From an uncultured Oscillospiraceae bacterium (GTDB taxonomy: Bacteria > Bacillota > Clostridia > UMGS1883): 43,522 bases of DNA. Positions 1 to 10,382 of the stretch are shown piece after piece. The first letter of the stretch is position 1. The number at the start of each line of letters is the position of its first letter. The translations under genes and the position numbers were made by a program. Below the pieces are notes generated by a model. The model was not told where the DNA came from. It saw only the letters and a program-made list of their open reading frames with translations, and ran no database searches. Where the stretch lies: contig CAZYYT010000002.1 of the NCBI GenBank assembly GCA_964651775.1, forward strand, positions 1-43,522, read 5' to 3'.

Positions 1-1352
1 TATTCTTTAATATACTTTTCAGTTTTGTATTTATTACAAAATCTAATATATCCTATCCAGTTTACAAGTCCACTGAAAACCCAAGCCAGAGGACTAATAA
101 GGCAAACACCTGTGAAGCCTAAAAGCGGTGTCAGTACAAAGGTACAAAAAATTCTTGCACCAAACTCTATAAAGCTTGATAAAACAGGCGTAAAACCATC
201 ACCGCAAGCCTGTAAAACTGTCCTGTAAACGTTTAATAACATAAGGAAAATAAAAAACACACATATATATACCATATATGTAAACGCCCCATTAAGCACC
301 GTGGGATTATTGGTGTTTGCAATAAAGCGCACAACCGGTTTAACAAGCCAAAGTGAAATAACAATCGAAACTGCAATCCAAATTGAAACCATAATGCAGC
401 TGTCACGAGTGCCTCTTTTAATTCTTTCTATGTTTCCGGCGCCATAGTTTTGCGCGGCATATACGCCCACAGCCGAGCCGATTGCAAATATAGGTGACAT
501 CAAAAGCATAAATAACTTTGATGCCCCCGCAACTGCCGCAACCAAATTTACCCCCATGGAGTTTACTGCATACTGGCTTATTGCCGCACCTGATGAGTTT
601 ACCATATCGAAAAGCGCTATGGGTACACCAAGCTTTAAAAGTGCTTTTATTGTTGCTTTTTCAAGCTTATAATGCTCTTTTTGGGCGTGTAGAGACGGGA
701 AGCTTTTTCTGATTAAAATAAAGCTAAGCACACAAGATACAGTCTGCGCAATACATGTTGCAAGGCCTGCACCATCTGTGCCCATACCACCAAAAACAAT
801 AAACACATAATCTAAAACAATATTTATCACACATGATAAAATCATAAATATCATCGGTGTTTTAGATTCACCCAGCGCACGCATCATATTGGCATTAAAG
901 TTATAAAGCGTGTTTGGAATAATGCCAAGCATTATCCAAAACAGATACCTGTATGCATAATCAAAAAGCTCCTTCGGGAATCCAAACACCATAAGAATCT
1001 CTTTAAGAAATACCACACAAAAAACTGTTAATACAAAGCAGAGAATAAGTGTTATAACAAGCGCATTTGCAAAGCTCTTTTTTACGCCGTGAGTGTCGTT
1101 TGCACCAAAATACCTTGCCGTAAGCATTGAAAAGCCCAGCCCAAGGCTGCACGGCACCGAAAATGTAAGCCACATAAGATTTCCCGTGGAGCTTACCGCA
1201 GCCATTGCATCTGTTCCAATTGTTCTTCCAACGATGAGTGAATCTGCTAGGTTATATATCTGGTTAAAAACATTTATTAATAAGAATGGAATCGAAAACC
1301 CAAGTATTAACTTAAATGGGGACCCCGTGCTAAAATTTCTCTCTTTTGCCAT
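1..1352 (-). CDS. MATE family efflux transporter (3-prime end at or just beyond the left window edge)
   Basis: Absent from the ORF track because no stop lies inside the window. Reverse complement from ATG 1352-1350 (GGAG upstream) reads MAKERNFSTGSPFKLILGFSIPFLLINVFNQIYNLADSLIVGRTIGTDAMAAVSSTGNLMWL, a MatE-type N-terminus. The last codons read ...KYKTEKYIKE followed by a partial TA- codon at position 2-1. Confidence 0.75.
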   Translation of the reverse strand, partial: MAKERNFSTGSPFKLILGFSIPFLLINVFNQIYNLADSLIVGRTIGTDAMAAVSSTGNLMWLTFSVPCSLGLGFSMLTARYFGANDTHGVKKSFANALVITLILCFVLTVFCVVFLKEILMVFGFPKELFDYAYRYLFWIMLGIIPNTLYNFNANMMRALGESKTPMIFMILSCVINIVLDYVFIVFGGMGTDGAGLATCIAQTVSCVLSFILIRKSFPSLHAQKEHYKLEKATIKALLKLGVPIALFDMVNSSGAAISQYAVNSMGVNLVAAVAGASKLFMLLMSPIFAIGSAVGVYAAQNYGAGNIERIKRGTRDSCIMVSIWIAVSIVISLWLVKPVVRFIANTNNPTVLNGAFTYMVYICVFFIFLMLLNVYRTVLQACGDGFTPVLSSFIEFGARIFCTFVLTPLLGFTGVCLISPLAWVFSGLVNWIGYIRFCNKYKTEKYIKE

Positions 1353-1360
1353 AGAAACTC

Positions 1361-2602
1361 CTACTTTAGTTCTGCTTTAGCCACCCTCACAACAAAGGAA
1401 TCACCATAGTTTTGCGCAGTAAGGTTAACGCTTAAAACATCACCACTTTGTGAAAACGAAAGCTCCTCGTCGTTATCCATCCATTTTATGGTCTTTATCT
1501 CGTCTTTAACATTACTAAAGGCAAATACACCTGAGTTTTCCTTGCCGGTGACAACGTTAATATTACCCTTTTGACCAAGGTCGTGTGCAAAAATATAAAG
1601 CGCATCGCCGTTTACACTCTTAAGCACAAAATTGTCAGAAGTGCTTTTAGCCGCCACAGGTCTACCGTTATAGATTGCTTCGCCAAAAATGCCCATCCAT
1701 CTGCCGATAAGATTAAGTAACTGCTCCTGATAGGGGTCAACTCCACCTTGTGCAGTTGGCCCGATATTTAAAAGAAGGTTTGTGCCAACCATTCTGCAGG
1801 CACAAAGCGTTTTAATAAGCTCTGCAGGCGATTTATAGTTAACGTCAAAGTTTCCAATGCCCCAGTGGTCGTTAATTGTTTCGCACATTTCACCGGCAAC
1901 GTACTTTTCCATGCCCTCACGGTTAATCGGTATGGGCTTGCCACGCTCATATGTAACAGAATCTATCTCTGGGTTACCCGTCCTGCCACGGTTTTCAAGC
2001 CCTGTATTATTAACAATAATAGCTTCGGGCTGATATTTTCTTATGGTCTTGTAAAGCTCGGTTTCCTTCCAATCAGAATTGGGCTTTGACCAGTTTCCGT
2101 CAAACCAAAGTCCACCGATTTTGCCATAGTTCTTGCAAAGTGTTTCTACGCTTTTTCTTAAATACTCAAGGTACTCATCAAAGTTTTCATCAAAGTCCTT
2201 GTTATACCAGTCAAGCGTTGTGTGATAGAAAAACGGAACAATGCCGTGCTTGTTACAGGCATCTACAAATTCTTTAATTAAATCCCTTTTAGCCGGGCTG
2301 TGAGGGGCATCAAAATCATTAAGGCCACAGGTGTCATAAAGTGAAAAACCTTCGTGATGCCTTGTTGTAAGCGTTATATACTTGCATCCGGTATTTTTTG
2401 CTGTAAGCACCAATTTCTCCGCATCAAAATCCTCTGCGGTAAATGAGTCCTTTAGCTTTTTATACTCGTCCATCTCAATATCGCTTTCGTGGAAAATCCA
2501 CTCACCCTTACCAAGCTGAGAGTAAAGCCCCCAGTGAACAAACAAACCAAGACCGTGCTGTTCAAAATCTAATACATATTTTTCTGCTTTTGGAATACTC
2601 AT
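1361..2602 (-). CDS. alpha-L-fucosidase, GH29
   Basis: 413 aa. N-terminus FEQHGLGLFVHWGLYS and TTRHHEGFSLYDT motifs are typical of GH29. AGGAG lies upstream of the ATG. Confidence 0.88.
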   Translation of the reverse strand: MSIPKAEKYVLDFEQHGLGLFVHWGLYSQLGKGEWIFHESDIEMDEYKKLKDSFTAEDFDAEKLVLTAKNTGCKYITLTTRHHEGFSLYDTCGLNDFDAPHSPAKRDLIKEFVDACNKHGIVPFFYHTTLDWYNKDFDENFDEYLEYLRKSVETLCKNYGKIGGLWFDGNWSKPNSDWKETELYKTIRKYQPEAIIVNNTGLENRGRTGNPEIDSVTYERGKPIPINREGMEKYVAGEMCETINDHWGIGNFDVNYKSPAELIKTLCACRMVGTNLLLNIGPTAQGGVDPYQEQLLNLIGRWMGIFGEAIYNGRPVAAKSTSDNFVLKSVNGDALYIFAHDLGQKGNINVVTGKENSGVFAFSNVKDEIKTIKWMDNDEELSFSQSGDVLSVNLTAQNYGDSFVVRVAKAELK

Positions 2603-2616
2603 AATTAGCTCCTTTC

Positions 2617-3471
2617 TTATTTAACAAACAAGTCTGATAAAGCGCAAAACTCTTGGGGTGAAAGCCTTTCCCCGCGGATGTTTTTATCAAGCCCAATCTT
2701 TTCAATAGCGCTTATGATTTCTTCTTTTGTGCCGAAGCACCCTGCAGAGCTAAGCGCATTAACAAGCGTTTTTCTTCTTTGAGAAAATGCCGCCTTAACA
2801 GTCTTGAAGAATAAATCTTCACTGACGGGCGAAACCGAAGGCTTTTCAAGAATTTCAAGGTTAATCACTGCACTGTCAACCTTTGGTGCAGGCATAAATG
2901 CCTTCGCAGGCACATTTTTTATAATTTCAGGAGTTGTGTAGTACCTTGTTGTAACCGTTATTGCGCCATATTCCTTGCTGCCGGGCTTTGCGCAAAGCCT
3001 TTCGGCAACCTCTTTTTGTATCATAATAACAATTCTTTTAAACGGAATTCTACTCTCTAAAAGCGCCATAACAACGGGTGTTGTTATATAGTATGGCAGG
3101 TTTGCCGCAACGCTTACCTCCATCCCCTTAAACTCATCCTCTATAAGCTTATTAAGGTCAATCTTAAGGCAGTCATCCCATATAAATGATACATTATCAA
3201 AGCCTGCAAGTGTTTCAGTTAAAACGCCTTCAAGCCTTTTATCAAGCTCAATCGAAACAACCTTCTCGGCATTATTTGCAAGTACCGCCGTAAGTGGGCC
3301 AAAGCCCGGGCCGATTTCTATAACGCCGTTTGCATCCTTCGTTGCAGTTTGCGCCATAACAAAAGGCACCTCAGGGTCTGTTATAAAATTTTGCCCCATA
3401 CTTTTTGAAAAAGCAAATCCGTACTTTGAGCACAGGTATTTAATTATCTTCGGGTCTGTCAAATCGTACAT
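2617..3471 (-). CDS. rsmA: 16S rRNA (adenine1518/1519-N6)-dimethyltransferase
   Basis: GQNFITD and EIGPGFGPLT SAM-binding motifs and NLPYYITTP. Start moved to MYDLTDP (AAAGAGGTG upstream) rather than the ORF-track start at 3489. Confidence 0.88.
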   Translation of the reverse strand: MYDLTDPKIIKYLCSKYGFAFSKSMGQNFITDPEVPFVMAQTATKDANGVIEIGPGFGPLTAVLANNAEKVVSIELDKRLEGVLTETLAGFDNVSFIWDDCLKIDLNKLIEDEFKGMEVSVAANLPYYITTPVVMALLESRIPFKRIVIMIQKEVAERLCAKPGSKEYGAITVTTRYYTTPEIIKNVPAKAFMPAPKVDSAVINLEILEKPSVSPVSEDLFFKTVKAAFSQRRKTLVNALSSAGCFGTKEEIISAIEKIGLDKNIRGERLSPQEFCALSDLFVK

Positions 3472-3657
3472 TAAAGCACCTCTTTCCACAAAACATTATA
3501 TAGGCTTAAAGGTATTATGTCAAGGAAAAGGAGGCATTAAAACAAACTGTTAAATCGTCCTTTTATGGTGATAGAAAAAAACCTTAGAAGGGGCAAACCC
3601 AAAGTTTTTTGGTCACCTTAATGTGGTAATTCTTCGGTTGGGCTTATTAGATGACAA

Positions 3658-3696
3658 AAGGAAGGAGAATTCGAAAACCTCAAATTCTCCTTCCTT
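3658..3696 (-). terminator. Rho-independent terminator downstream of the esterase gene
   Basis: 14-bp perfect stem aaggaaggagaatt / aattctccttcctt with an 11-nt loop, followed by a T-run on the minus strand. Confidence 0.6.
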
Positions 3697-3776
3697 AATT
3701 AATCTTTGATTAAAGCATAAACCAAACAAAATATTCATGTTTTTTTAGTCTACACTTTTTTAAATCCCAATACGGT

Positions 3777-6700
3777 TTATTTTACGTATTTCCCAACAGG
3801 GAGGCCAATCTCCTTAAGACCATCTGCTACAAGTCCGGCTGCCCAGATTGCACCTGTTTCAACAAGATGTGTGTCACCGGGGTTAAAGTACACATCACGA
3901 TATGTTGGGCCTAACTTTTCCATATCGTCTTGTGTTTTCTTATTTGCATCAATGTATGAAATTCCGTGTTCATTAGCAATCTTTTGTATAACTGCGGTGT
4001 ATGCAGCGTGCGAGCTGTTATTTATGGTGTACTTGCCATCCTTATATTCGCCTGTGAAATACGGTCGTACAACAGGTGAAAGAAGTACAGGGATAATTCC
4101 CTTGTCCTTGGCCGCATTAACCATCTGAAGAAGAAGAATTTCAAACTCTTCAGTTGTTGAGCCATAGTACTCACTCGTCTTTTCGTCGTTATGTCCAAGC
4201 TGAATAAGAAGATAATTACCCTTAGAAGCGTTGTCAAGAACATAATTAAGCCTGTTTTCTGTAAGTGAATACTTACAGCTTCTTCCGCCTACTGACTGGG
4301 TGTTATCAAATGTTACATTACTTGTAAACTCTGCTCCAAGCATCTGACCGACACCACGAAGATTACTCGTCTGGCCATATGTCTGTGCGATTGAGTCACC
4401 AATCATAAACATCTTAACATTATCCTTAACAGGTTCCATCGTGTTTTCTTTGTAGCTGCATGGACGAAGTGTACCGTCAAATACGAATACTCTGTAGGAT
4501 TCTCCATCATTAAAGGTGTGGTTTATTGCTACATCGCCACTTTCTGAAACCGGCTTTTTATATGACTTAACAAGCTCATCATTCTTATCATAGATAGATA
4601 CATAAACTGATGCTGCCTTGTTAGCATACTTTGTAACATTTATTTTTTCAAGCACTGCGGTGGCGCTTGGCACATAAACCCTTTGACCATCCTTTTTCAT
4701 AACAACACTGTTTATGAGGTAAGGTGTGTTATTTTTTACCTTGATTGTGAAATCCTTTGTCTTTGTAACGCCCCCTACAGTTGCGCTTGCAGTAAGAACA
4801 ACATCTGAAGTTCCAAAGCCAACAGGTGCGTTAATCCTTGCTATAGATGGATTACTTGAATCAATTGTGTAAATACCACTGTTATCAAAGCTCCAGCTTA
4901 CCTTTTCACTTTCCTTTTCGTCAAAGATAATGTCCTGATTCATAACAGGCGCCTTAATGTAAGGAAGTGTAATATCATTAAGAACAAGCTGTGCCTTTTC
5001 CTCATTTGAAAGATTTTCAGGTGCATACTTAATAACAATATTATCTGTTACGGGCATATGGTTTACAAATGTGTTGTGCCTTGTATATCTTAACTGTACA
5101 CTAGGCATAGCTGTAAGCTCATTTGCGGGGAATACAAGTGTTGAAGAATATATGCTTGCTCCTTCACCACGGAAGAAGATCGGTCTTCCATCATAGCAAA
5201 TCTGGTATGTCTTATCAGTAAGATTCATCTTAATAAGAATATTGTGGTATTCCATATCATTATGGAAGCTTGCCACTTTAAGAAGATTAAGGTCTGTAAC
5301 AAGGCCTGTTGTGGCGCTATCTTTTGCAATATATGCAGTTGCGGCTGAATTCACCTTTGCAGTTGTTCCATCATCATTAATCTTTACGTATGCAGATGCA
5401 AAGTTTGTGAATCCTGATTTTCTTATATAGAATTCCTTTCCGTTAACGACGAAACAATACAAATCCTCGTTATAATAGACGTTTTCGTTATTGGGAAAAG
5501 CATAGTCAAAGCTTACAAAGTACTCACCATTTACAAGTCCCTCACTGTTTACAGGTGTAGGAAGTGCTACTGATGATGCAGTTACCTCCACATTAAATGG
5601 TGATACTAAGTTTGTTTTTCCGGTCTGATTATACTCCACTGGCTTTCCGTTATTTGAGCCTGAATAATTAAACCAATAGTTTGTTGAGTTTGTTCCAAGC
5701 GCATCAACAGTTCCATCAGTCGCCTTTTTAAACCAATATGCAGGTGATTGTCTGCCTAGGCTTTGCTTGTATCCGATATAGTATCCTTCAAAGCCTTCGT
5801 AATCCTTAACAATGTAGCTTGCACTGTTAAAGGTTACAGTTTTCCCGTTTTTCTCAATTTCTTTAAATTCCTCTACGGTTAAATATTTAAGAATATATTT
5901 ACCGCTACCACCAAGCACGCGGTTGCTTGTTTCAGGCGCAGTTGATGCAGTGTCAGTAACAGCCTTTATATATGTGTTTGCCATTGCAGTTTTATTACCA
6001 TCATCTACACTTAGGCCACTAATTGTAGATGCAGACGCCCCGGGCACAATTGAAATATCATCAAAATCCTGCTGATATGTAATTTCACCGGGAAGTGAAT
6101 TGATGTCATAAGTTCCATCTGTACCACTTACAGTTACATTATGTGTCTTTGTTTTTCCACCTGCAGTGGCAGTAAGTGTAACTGCGGTATCCTTTGCACC
6201 GCGCACCACATTACCCGTTGTTGTTATGGCAGCATTATCTGATGTCCATACAACAGGGTAATTTACGCCCAAAACGGTAATGTTTGTCTTTAAATTAATG
6301 TCACGGATAATGTCTGATTCAAGTTGTCCATTTGAAAAGTTTTCCCACGCAAGTGCAGAATCAATTGTTTCCGAATTATACTTTAATGTAATGTTATCAA
6401 TTGTTATTGGGTTACTGGTAAATGTGTTGTATCTTACAGGGGAAAGCCCCATTCCTGGAAAGTCACTTACAAGCATAGTGCTGTCAACAAGGTCTTTTGA
6501 ATATATTTCCGTACCTGTCGCCTTCCAATATACGGGCTTTCCATCATAGTAAAAGTTAATTATCTTTTCATTGAAGTTAACGTTTACCATAACATTTTTT
6601 GTTTCCCCGGAGTTTCTTGTGGAAAATGCGGTAAGTTGTGTTTTATCTGTCACAATGCCTGGTGTTGTGCCTGCTTCACCAAGCATAGTTGCTGTGTTAT

Positions 6701-7556
6701 CAATCAAAAGGTTGTTTCCCGCAGCATCATTAATATAAAGAACTGTTTTCTTTGCATCAACATTTACATACTGCAATAGACCATTTTTGGTTATATAGTA
6801 AATCTTTGCTGCAACAAGCATCGTAAAATAGTCATTTCCGTTCCAGTAGCTTCCGTTTGCATACTGTGTTAAATCATAGCTCATTGTATAGTTTCCTACA
6901 ACATTGCCCCCAATCTTTACAGGTGTCGGTGCAGGGAATGTTGTGTTTGATGCATTAACAATAACTGCACTGCTACCTGTTGACTTTCCGGTTTCATTAT
7001 ATACATAAGGCGTGCCATCAGCCTTAAACCACTGGTTTTTTGAGTTTGTCTTTGTTGTGGTTTCATTAACATCTGCTGTCAGGGGGTCGTCAACGGCAAA
7101 CCAAAGCTTTTGTGTACTCCGGTCAGTTCCTTTTTTAAAGCCTATGTAATACTCTACCCCACCATATGTTTTCTTAATAACTCTGTAGGTTACACCGCTA
7201 TAAGAAAGGTCTTGGCCATTATTTGTAATGTCAGTATACTCCTCTTCGGTAAGGTAGTAGTTGCCCGCATTGCCTGTTACAGCCAATGCCTTGTTACTAG
7301 CTCCACCAACAGTATTTTCCTCCACTTTAAAAGATGCAACAAGTGAGCTGTTGGTAGACCCGTCGCTTGCGGTCCAGCCTGTTAAATTTTTTGAAAATGT
7401 TCCTGCTTCTACTCCCTCAAAGTTTTGCGTGTAATACGTATTACCCGGCATGTCATCAATTGTAATAGCGTCTGCAGCATAAGAGGTAAGCGTAAGTGCA
7501 CCTACTGTGGAAAGCACCATAGCAAGTACAACTACAGATGATAAAATTCTTTTCAA
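3777..7556 (-). CDS. secreted multidomain SGNH/GDSL esterase (CE12 / rhamnogalacturonan acetylesterase-like C-terminal domain)
   Basis: 1259 aa. Signal peptide MKRILSSVVVLAMVLSTVGALTLTSYA. The C-terminal roughly 230 aa carry SGNH blocks FMIGDSIAQTYG, GGRS, LIQLGHNDE and GDTHLVETGA. Upstream are two paralogous roughly 370-aa modules, each followed by an Ig-like domain. Confidence 0.75.
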   Translation of the reverse strand: MKRILSSVVVLAMVLSTVGALTLTSYAADAITIDDMPGNTYYTQNFEGVEAGTFSKNLTGWTASDGSTNSSLVASFKVEENTVGGASNKALAVTGNAGNYYLTEEEYTDITNNGQDLSYSGVTYRVIKKTYGGVEYYIGFKKGTDRSTQKLWFAVDDPLTADVNETTTKTNSKNQWFKADGTPYVYNETGKSTGSSAVIVNASNTTFPAPTPVKIGGNVVGNYTMSYDLTQYANGSYWNGNDYFTMLVAAKIYYITKNGLLQYVNVDAKKTVLYINDAAGNNLLIDNTATMLGEAGTTPGIVTDKTQLTAFSTRNSGETKNVMVNVNFNEKIINFYYDGKPVYWKATGTEIYSKDLVDSTMLVSDFPGMGLSPVRYNTFTSNPITIDNITLKYNSETIDSALAWENFSNGQLESDIIRDINLKTNITVLGVNYPVVWTSDNAAITTTGNVVRGAKDTAVTLTATAGGKTKTHNVTVSGTDGTYDINSLPGEITYQQDFDDISIVPGASASTISGLSVDDGNKTAMANTYIKAVTDTASTAPETSNRVLGGSGKYILKYLTVEEFKEIEKNGKTVTFNSASYIVKDYEGFEGYYIGYKQSLGRQSPAYWFKKATDGTVDALGTNSTNYWFNYSGSNNGKPVEYNQTGKTNLVSPFNVEVTASSVALPTPVNSEGLVNGEYFVSFDYAFPNNENVYYNEDLYCFVVNGKEFYIRKSGFTNFASAYVKINDDGTTAKVNSAATAYIAKDSATTGLVTDLNLLKVASFHNDMEYHNILIKMNLTDKTYQICYDGRPIFFRGEGASIYSSTLVFPANELTAMPSVQLRYTRHNTFVNHMPVTDNIVIKYAPENLSNEEKAQLVLNDITLPYIKAPVMNQDIIFDEKESEKVSWSFDNSGIYTIDSSNPSIARINAPVGFGTSDVVLTASATVGGVTKTKDFTIKVKNNTPYLINSVVMKKDGQRVYVPSATAVLEKINVTKYANKAASVYVSIYDKNDELVKSYKKPVSESGDVAINHTFNDGESYRVFVFDGTLRPCSYKENTMEPVKDNVKMFMIGDSIAQTYGQTSNLRGVGQMLGAEFTSNVTFDNTQSVGGRSCKYSLTENRLNYVLDNASKGNYLLIQLGHNDEKTSEYYGSTTEEFEILLLQMVNAAKDKGIIPVLLSPVVRPYFTGEYKDGKYTINNSSHAAYTAVIQKIANEHGISYIDANKKTQDDMEKLGPTYRDVYFNPGDTHLVETGAIWAAGLVADGLKEIGLPVGKYVK

Positions 7557-7682
7557 TTTTATTCCCCCTTTTAGAAATGTGTGTGTTTTATGTATCTAAC
7601 TTATTATATAATTTTTTCCTCCAATATTCTATTGGTTTTTTTCACAAAATTCACACCAAGACTTTGTGCATTATGTATACAA

Positions 7683-7710
7683 AAGAGTCTACAGAAAATC
7701 TGTAGACTCT
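7683..7710 (-). terminator. Rho-independent terminator of the liv operon
   Basis: agagtctacag / ctgtagactct 11-bp perfect stem with a 6-nt loop, then a T-run on the minus strand immediately after the livF stop. Confidence 0.7.
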
Positions 7711-7729
7711 TATTTTAATATACCTAAAA

Positions 7730-8449
7730 TTAACCGCCAAGGTATGCTTTCTTTATATTATCACTTTCTATAAGTTCTTTCCCTGTCCCGGAATATGCAA
7801 TTTCACCATTTTCCAAAACATATGCCCTGTCAGATATTTCAAGGGATTTACCTGCATTTTGCTCAACAAGAAGGATTGTTGTTCCTTCCTTATGAATTTC
7901 CTTAATTATATCAAAAACCTGGTCAACCAAAAGTGGTGAAAGCCCCATCGAAGGCTCATCAAGCATCAAAAGCTTCGGACGCGACATCAGCGCACGCCCC
8001 ATTGCAAGCATCTGCTGTTCACCGCCCGAAAGCGTTCCGGCAATTTGGTTTTTACGTTCCTTAAGTCTTGGGAATTTTTCGTATATAAGCTCAATATCTT
8101 TTTTAATTTTTTTACTGTCATTTTCAATGTATGCACCCATAAGAAGGTTTTCGCAAACAGAAAGCTCCTGGAAAACACGCCTTCCTTCAGGCACTTGTGT
8201 CATTCCCATATGCACAATCTTATGTGCAGGAAGTTTTGTTATATCCTTTTCCTGGTAAGTAACGCTTCCACTTTTAATAGGAATAAGCCCCATTATGCTT
8301 TGCATAGTGGTTGTTTTACCGGCACCATTTGCGCCGATAAGCGTTACAATTTCACCCTCGTTTACCTCAAAGCTAATACCCTTAATTGCCTGTATAACTC
8401 CATAATAAACCTCAAGGTCCTTTACTTCTAGCATTGCCACAGCATTCAC
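7730..8449 (-). CDS. livF: branched-chain amino acid ABC transporter ATP-binding protein
   Basis: 239 aa. Walker A GANGAGKTT, signature LSGGEQQ and Walker B LLMLDEP. LivF-type N-terminus LEVKDLEVYYG. Confidence 0.88.
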   Translation of the reverse strand: MNAVAMLEVKDLEVYYGVIQAIKGISFEVNEGEIVTLIGANGAGKTTTMQSIMGLIPIKSGSVTYQEKDITKLPAHKIVHMGMTQVPEGRRVFQELSVCENLLMGAYIENDSKKIKKDIELIYEKFPRLKERKNQIAGTLSGGEQQMLAMGRALMSRPKLLMLDEPSMGLSPLLVDQVFDIIKEIHKEGTTILLVEQNAGKSLEISDRAYVLENGEIAYSGTGKELIESDNIKKAYLGG

Positions 8450-9223
8450 CTACTTTCCTATATATGCCTTAATAACCTCAGGGTCGTTAAGTGCATCGCT
8501 AACTTGTCCCTGTACAAGTGTTGTACCAAAGTTTAGTACAGTAACTTCATCGCAAAGTCCCGAAACAAACTTAAGGTCATGTTCAATAAGAAGAATCGTC
8601 AAGTCAAACTCATCCCTGATATGCCTTATTGTTGCCATAAGCTCTTTAGTTTCGTTGGGGTTCATGCCTGCGGCCGGTTCATCAAGTAGAAGAAGTTTCG
8701 GATTTGTAGCAAGTGCACGTGCAATTTCAAGCTTTCTTTGCTTTCCGTAGGGGAGGTTGCAGGCAAGGTTATTGCGCTCATCCTCCAAATCAAAAATCCG
8801 CAGAATTTCTTTTGCACGCTCTCTCATTTTATTTTCGGACTCGAAAAATTTTGGAAGCCTTAGCATACTATCAAACGGATTTGCCCTAAACTCCGGCTGA
8901 TTATGAAGTCCGACAAGCACGTTTCTTATAACGCTCATATTATTAAAAAGTCTTATATTTTGAAACGTTCTTGCTATTCCCTTGTGATTTATTGCTTCCT
9001 GTGTTTTTCCCGTAAGGTTTTCACCATCAAGGAAAAACTGCCCCGTTGTGGGTGCATAAACGCCCGTAAGAAGGTTAAATATAGTTGTTTTTCCTGCACC
9101 ATTTGGGCCAATAAGTCCATAAAGGTTTTTCTTTTTTATCTTTAGGTTTATATCCTGTGCGGCCTTAAGTCCACCAAAGGATATCCCCAAGTTTTTTGTT
9201 TCAAGCATATAATTCTCACTCAT
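8450..9223 (-). CDS. livG: branched-chain amino acid ABC transporter ATP-binding protein
   Basis: GPNGAGKTT, LPYGKQRKLEIARAL and LLLLDEP. Start placed at MSENYMLETKNL, overlapping the livM stop by 8 nt (translational coupling). Confidence 0.88.
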   Translation of the reverse strand: MSENYMLETKNLGISFGGLKAAQDINLKIKKKNLYGLIGPNGAGKTTIFNLLTGVYAPTTGQFFLDGENLTGKTQEAINHKGIARTFQNIRLFNNMSVIRNVLVGLHNQPEFRANPFDSMLRLPKFFESENKMRERAKEILRIFDLEDERNNLACNLPYGKQRKLEIARALATNPKLLLLDEPAAGMNPNETKELMATIRHIRDEFDLTILLIEHDLKFVSGLCDEVTVLNFGTTLVQGQVSDALNDPEVIKAYIGK

Positions 9224-10379
9224 TTTCATTACCCCCTTTGTCACCATCTTTTACTGATGTTTCAGTTGTAGGGTCTGTTGACAAAAGTGCATCCATGTCA
9301 ATTTTTGTGGGTATATGGCGCCATTCCGCAGCATCGTTACGGATTTCTGACTTATTTTTTTCTTCATCCACATTTTTTTTGAGGATTTTCGTTATAAGTC
9401 TTTTTATACTAAACCTCTCCTTGAACGGTGCAAGTGCCGGTGCGTTATTAAATATAACAAGCGTGATAAGCACAACTGCGTAAATAAGAAACTTAAGTGC
9501 CGCCAAATCACCGGAAAGATTTGTTGTAAGATAAAAATTTATATAAGTAATAAGTGTTGCCGCAAGTATTGAGCCACTTATACTGCCCATACCACCAAGC
9601 ACTACCATTACAAGAATTTCAATTGAATAGTTATATGAGAAAAACGAATACAAAACGGGTGTTGCATAATGTCCATAAATAACACCTGCAATACCTGCAA
9701 AAAATGCCGAAATAACAAAAACAAAAAGTTTATAGAATGTTACATTTATACCCATTGCCTTTGCGGCAATCTCATTATCACGGATGGCTGTAATTGCCCT
9801 TCCGTGCTTACTCTTTATAAGATTCTGCACTAAAATAAGCATTATAATAACAACAATAAGTGCAACTATAAAAAGCTCTGTCCCAAACTTGGTTGTTGAA
9901 AGTCCAAGTGCGCCGCCAAAAGTCTGTAAATTTTTAAATATTGTTCTAACAATTTCACCGAAGGCAAGCGTCACTATCGCAAGATAGTCACCCTTAAGCC
10001 TAAGTGCGGGAAGCCCAATAATAAAGCCAAAAATTGCCGCTACAATACCACCAACAAGCATTGAAATAATAAGCACCAAAAGTGGAGATGCGATAAACTC
10101 GTGCATTTTATTTGCTAAAAAGCAACCCAAGTATGCACCCACGCACATAAATCCGGCGTGTCCAAGGCTAAGCTCACCCAAGAAGCCTACAACAAGATTT
10201 AATGAAACTGCCAAAATAATAGAATACGCAATCTGTGTAATAAGATTTGCAGTTGAACGATTAAGATATCCTGTAAACATCATCACCGATGTGATAATAA
10301 GAAACAAGGTTACGCCAATATAATTAACGTAATTTTTAAATTTAAAGCCTTTTTTAATGTTTTTAATATAATTAGCCAT
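9216..10379 (-). CDS. livM: branched-chain amino acid ABC transporter permease
   Basis: 387 aa polytopic protein. LivM-like core (GELSLGHAGFMCVGAY) plus a roughly 60-aa hydrophilic C-terminal tail. Confidence 0.82.
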   Translation of the reverse strand: MANYIKNIKKGFKFKNYVNYIGVTLFLIITSVMMFTGYLNRSTANLITQIAYSIILAVSLNLVVGFLGELSLGHAGFMCVGAYLGCFLANKMHEFIASPLLVLIISMLVGGIVAAIFGFIIGLPALRLKGDYLAIVTLAFGEIVRTIFKNLQTFGGALGLSTTKFGTELFIVALIVVIIMLILVQNLIKSKHGRAITAIRDNEIAAKAMGINVTFYKLFVFVISAFFAGIAGVIYGHYATPVLYSFFSYNYSIEILVMVVLGGMGSISGSILAATLITYINFYLTTNLSGDLAALKFLIYAVVLITLVIFNNAPALAPFKERFSIKRLITKILKKNVDEEKNKSEIRNDAAEWRHIPTKIDMDALLSTDPTTETSVKDGDKGGNENE

Positions 10380-10382
10380 AAA

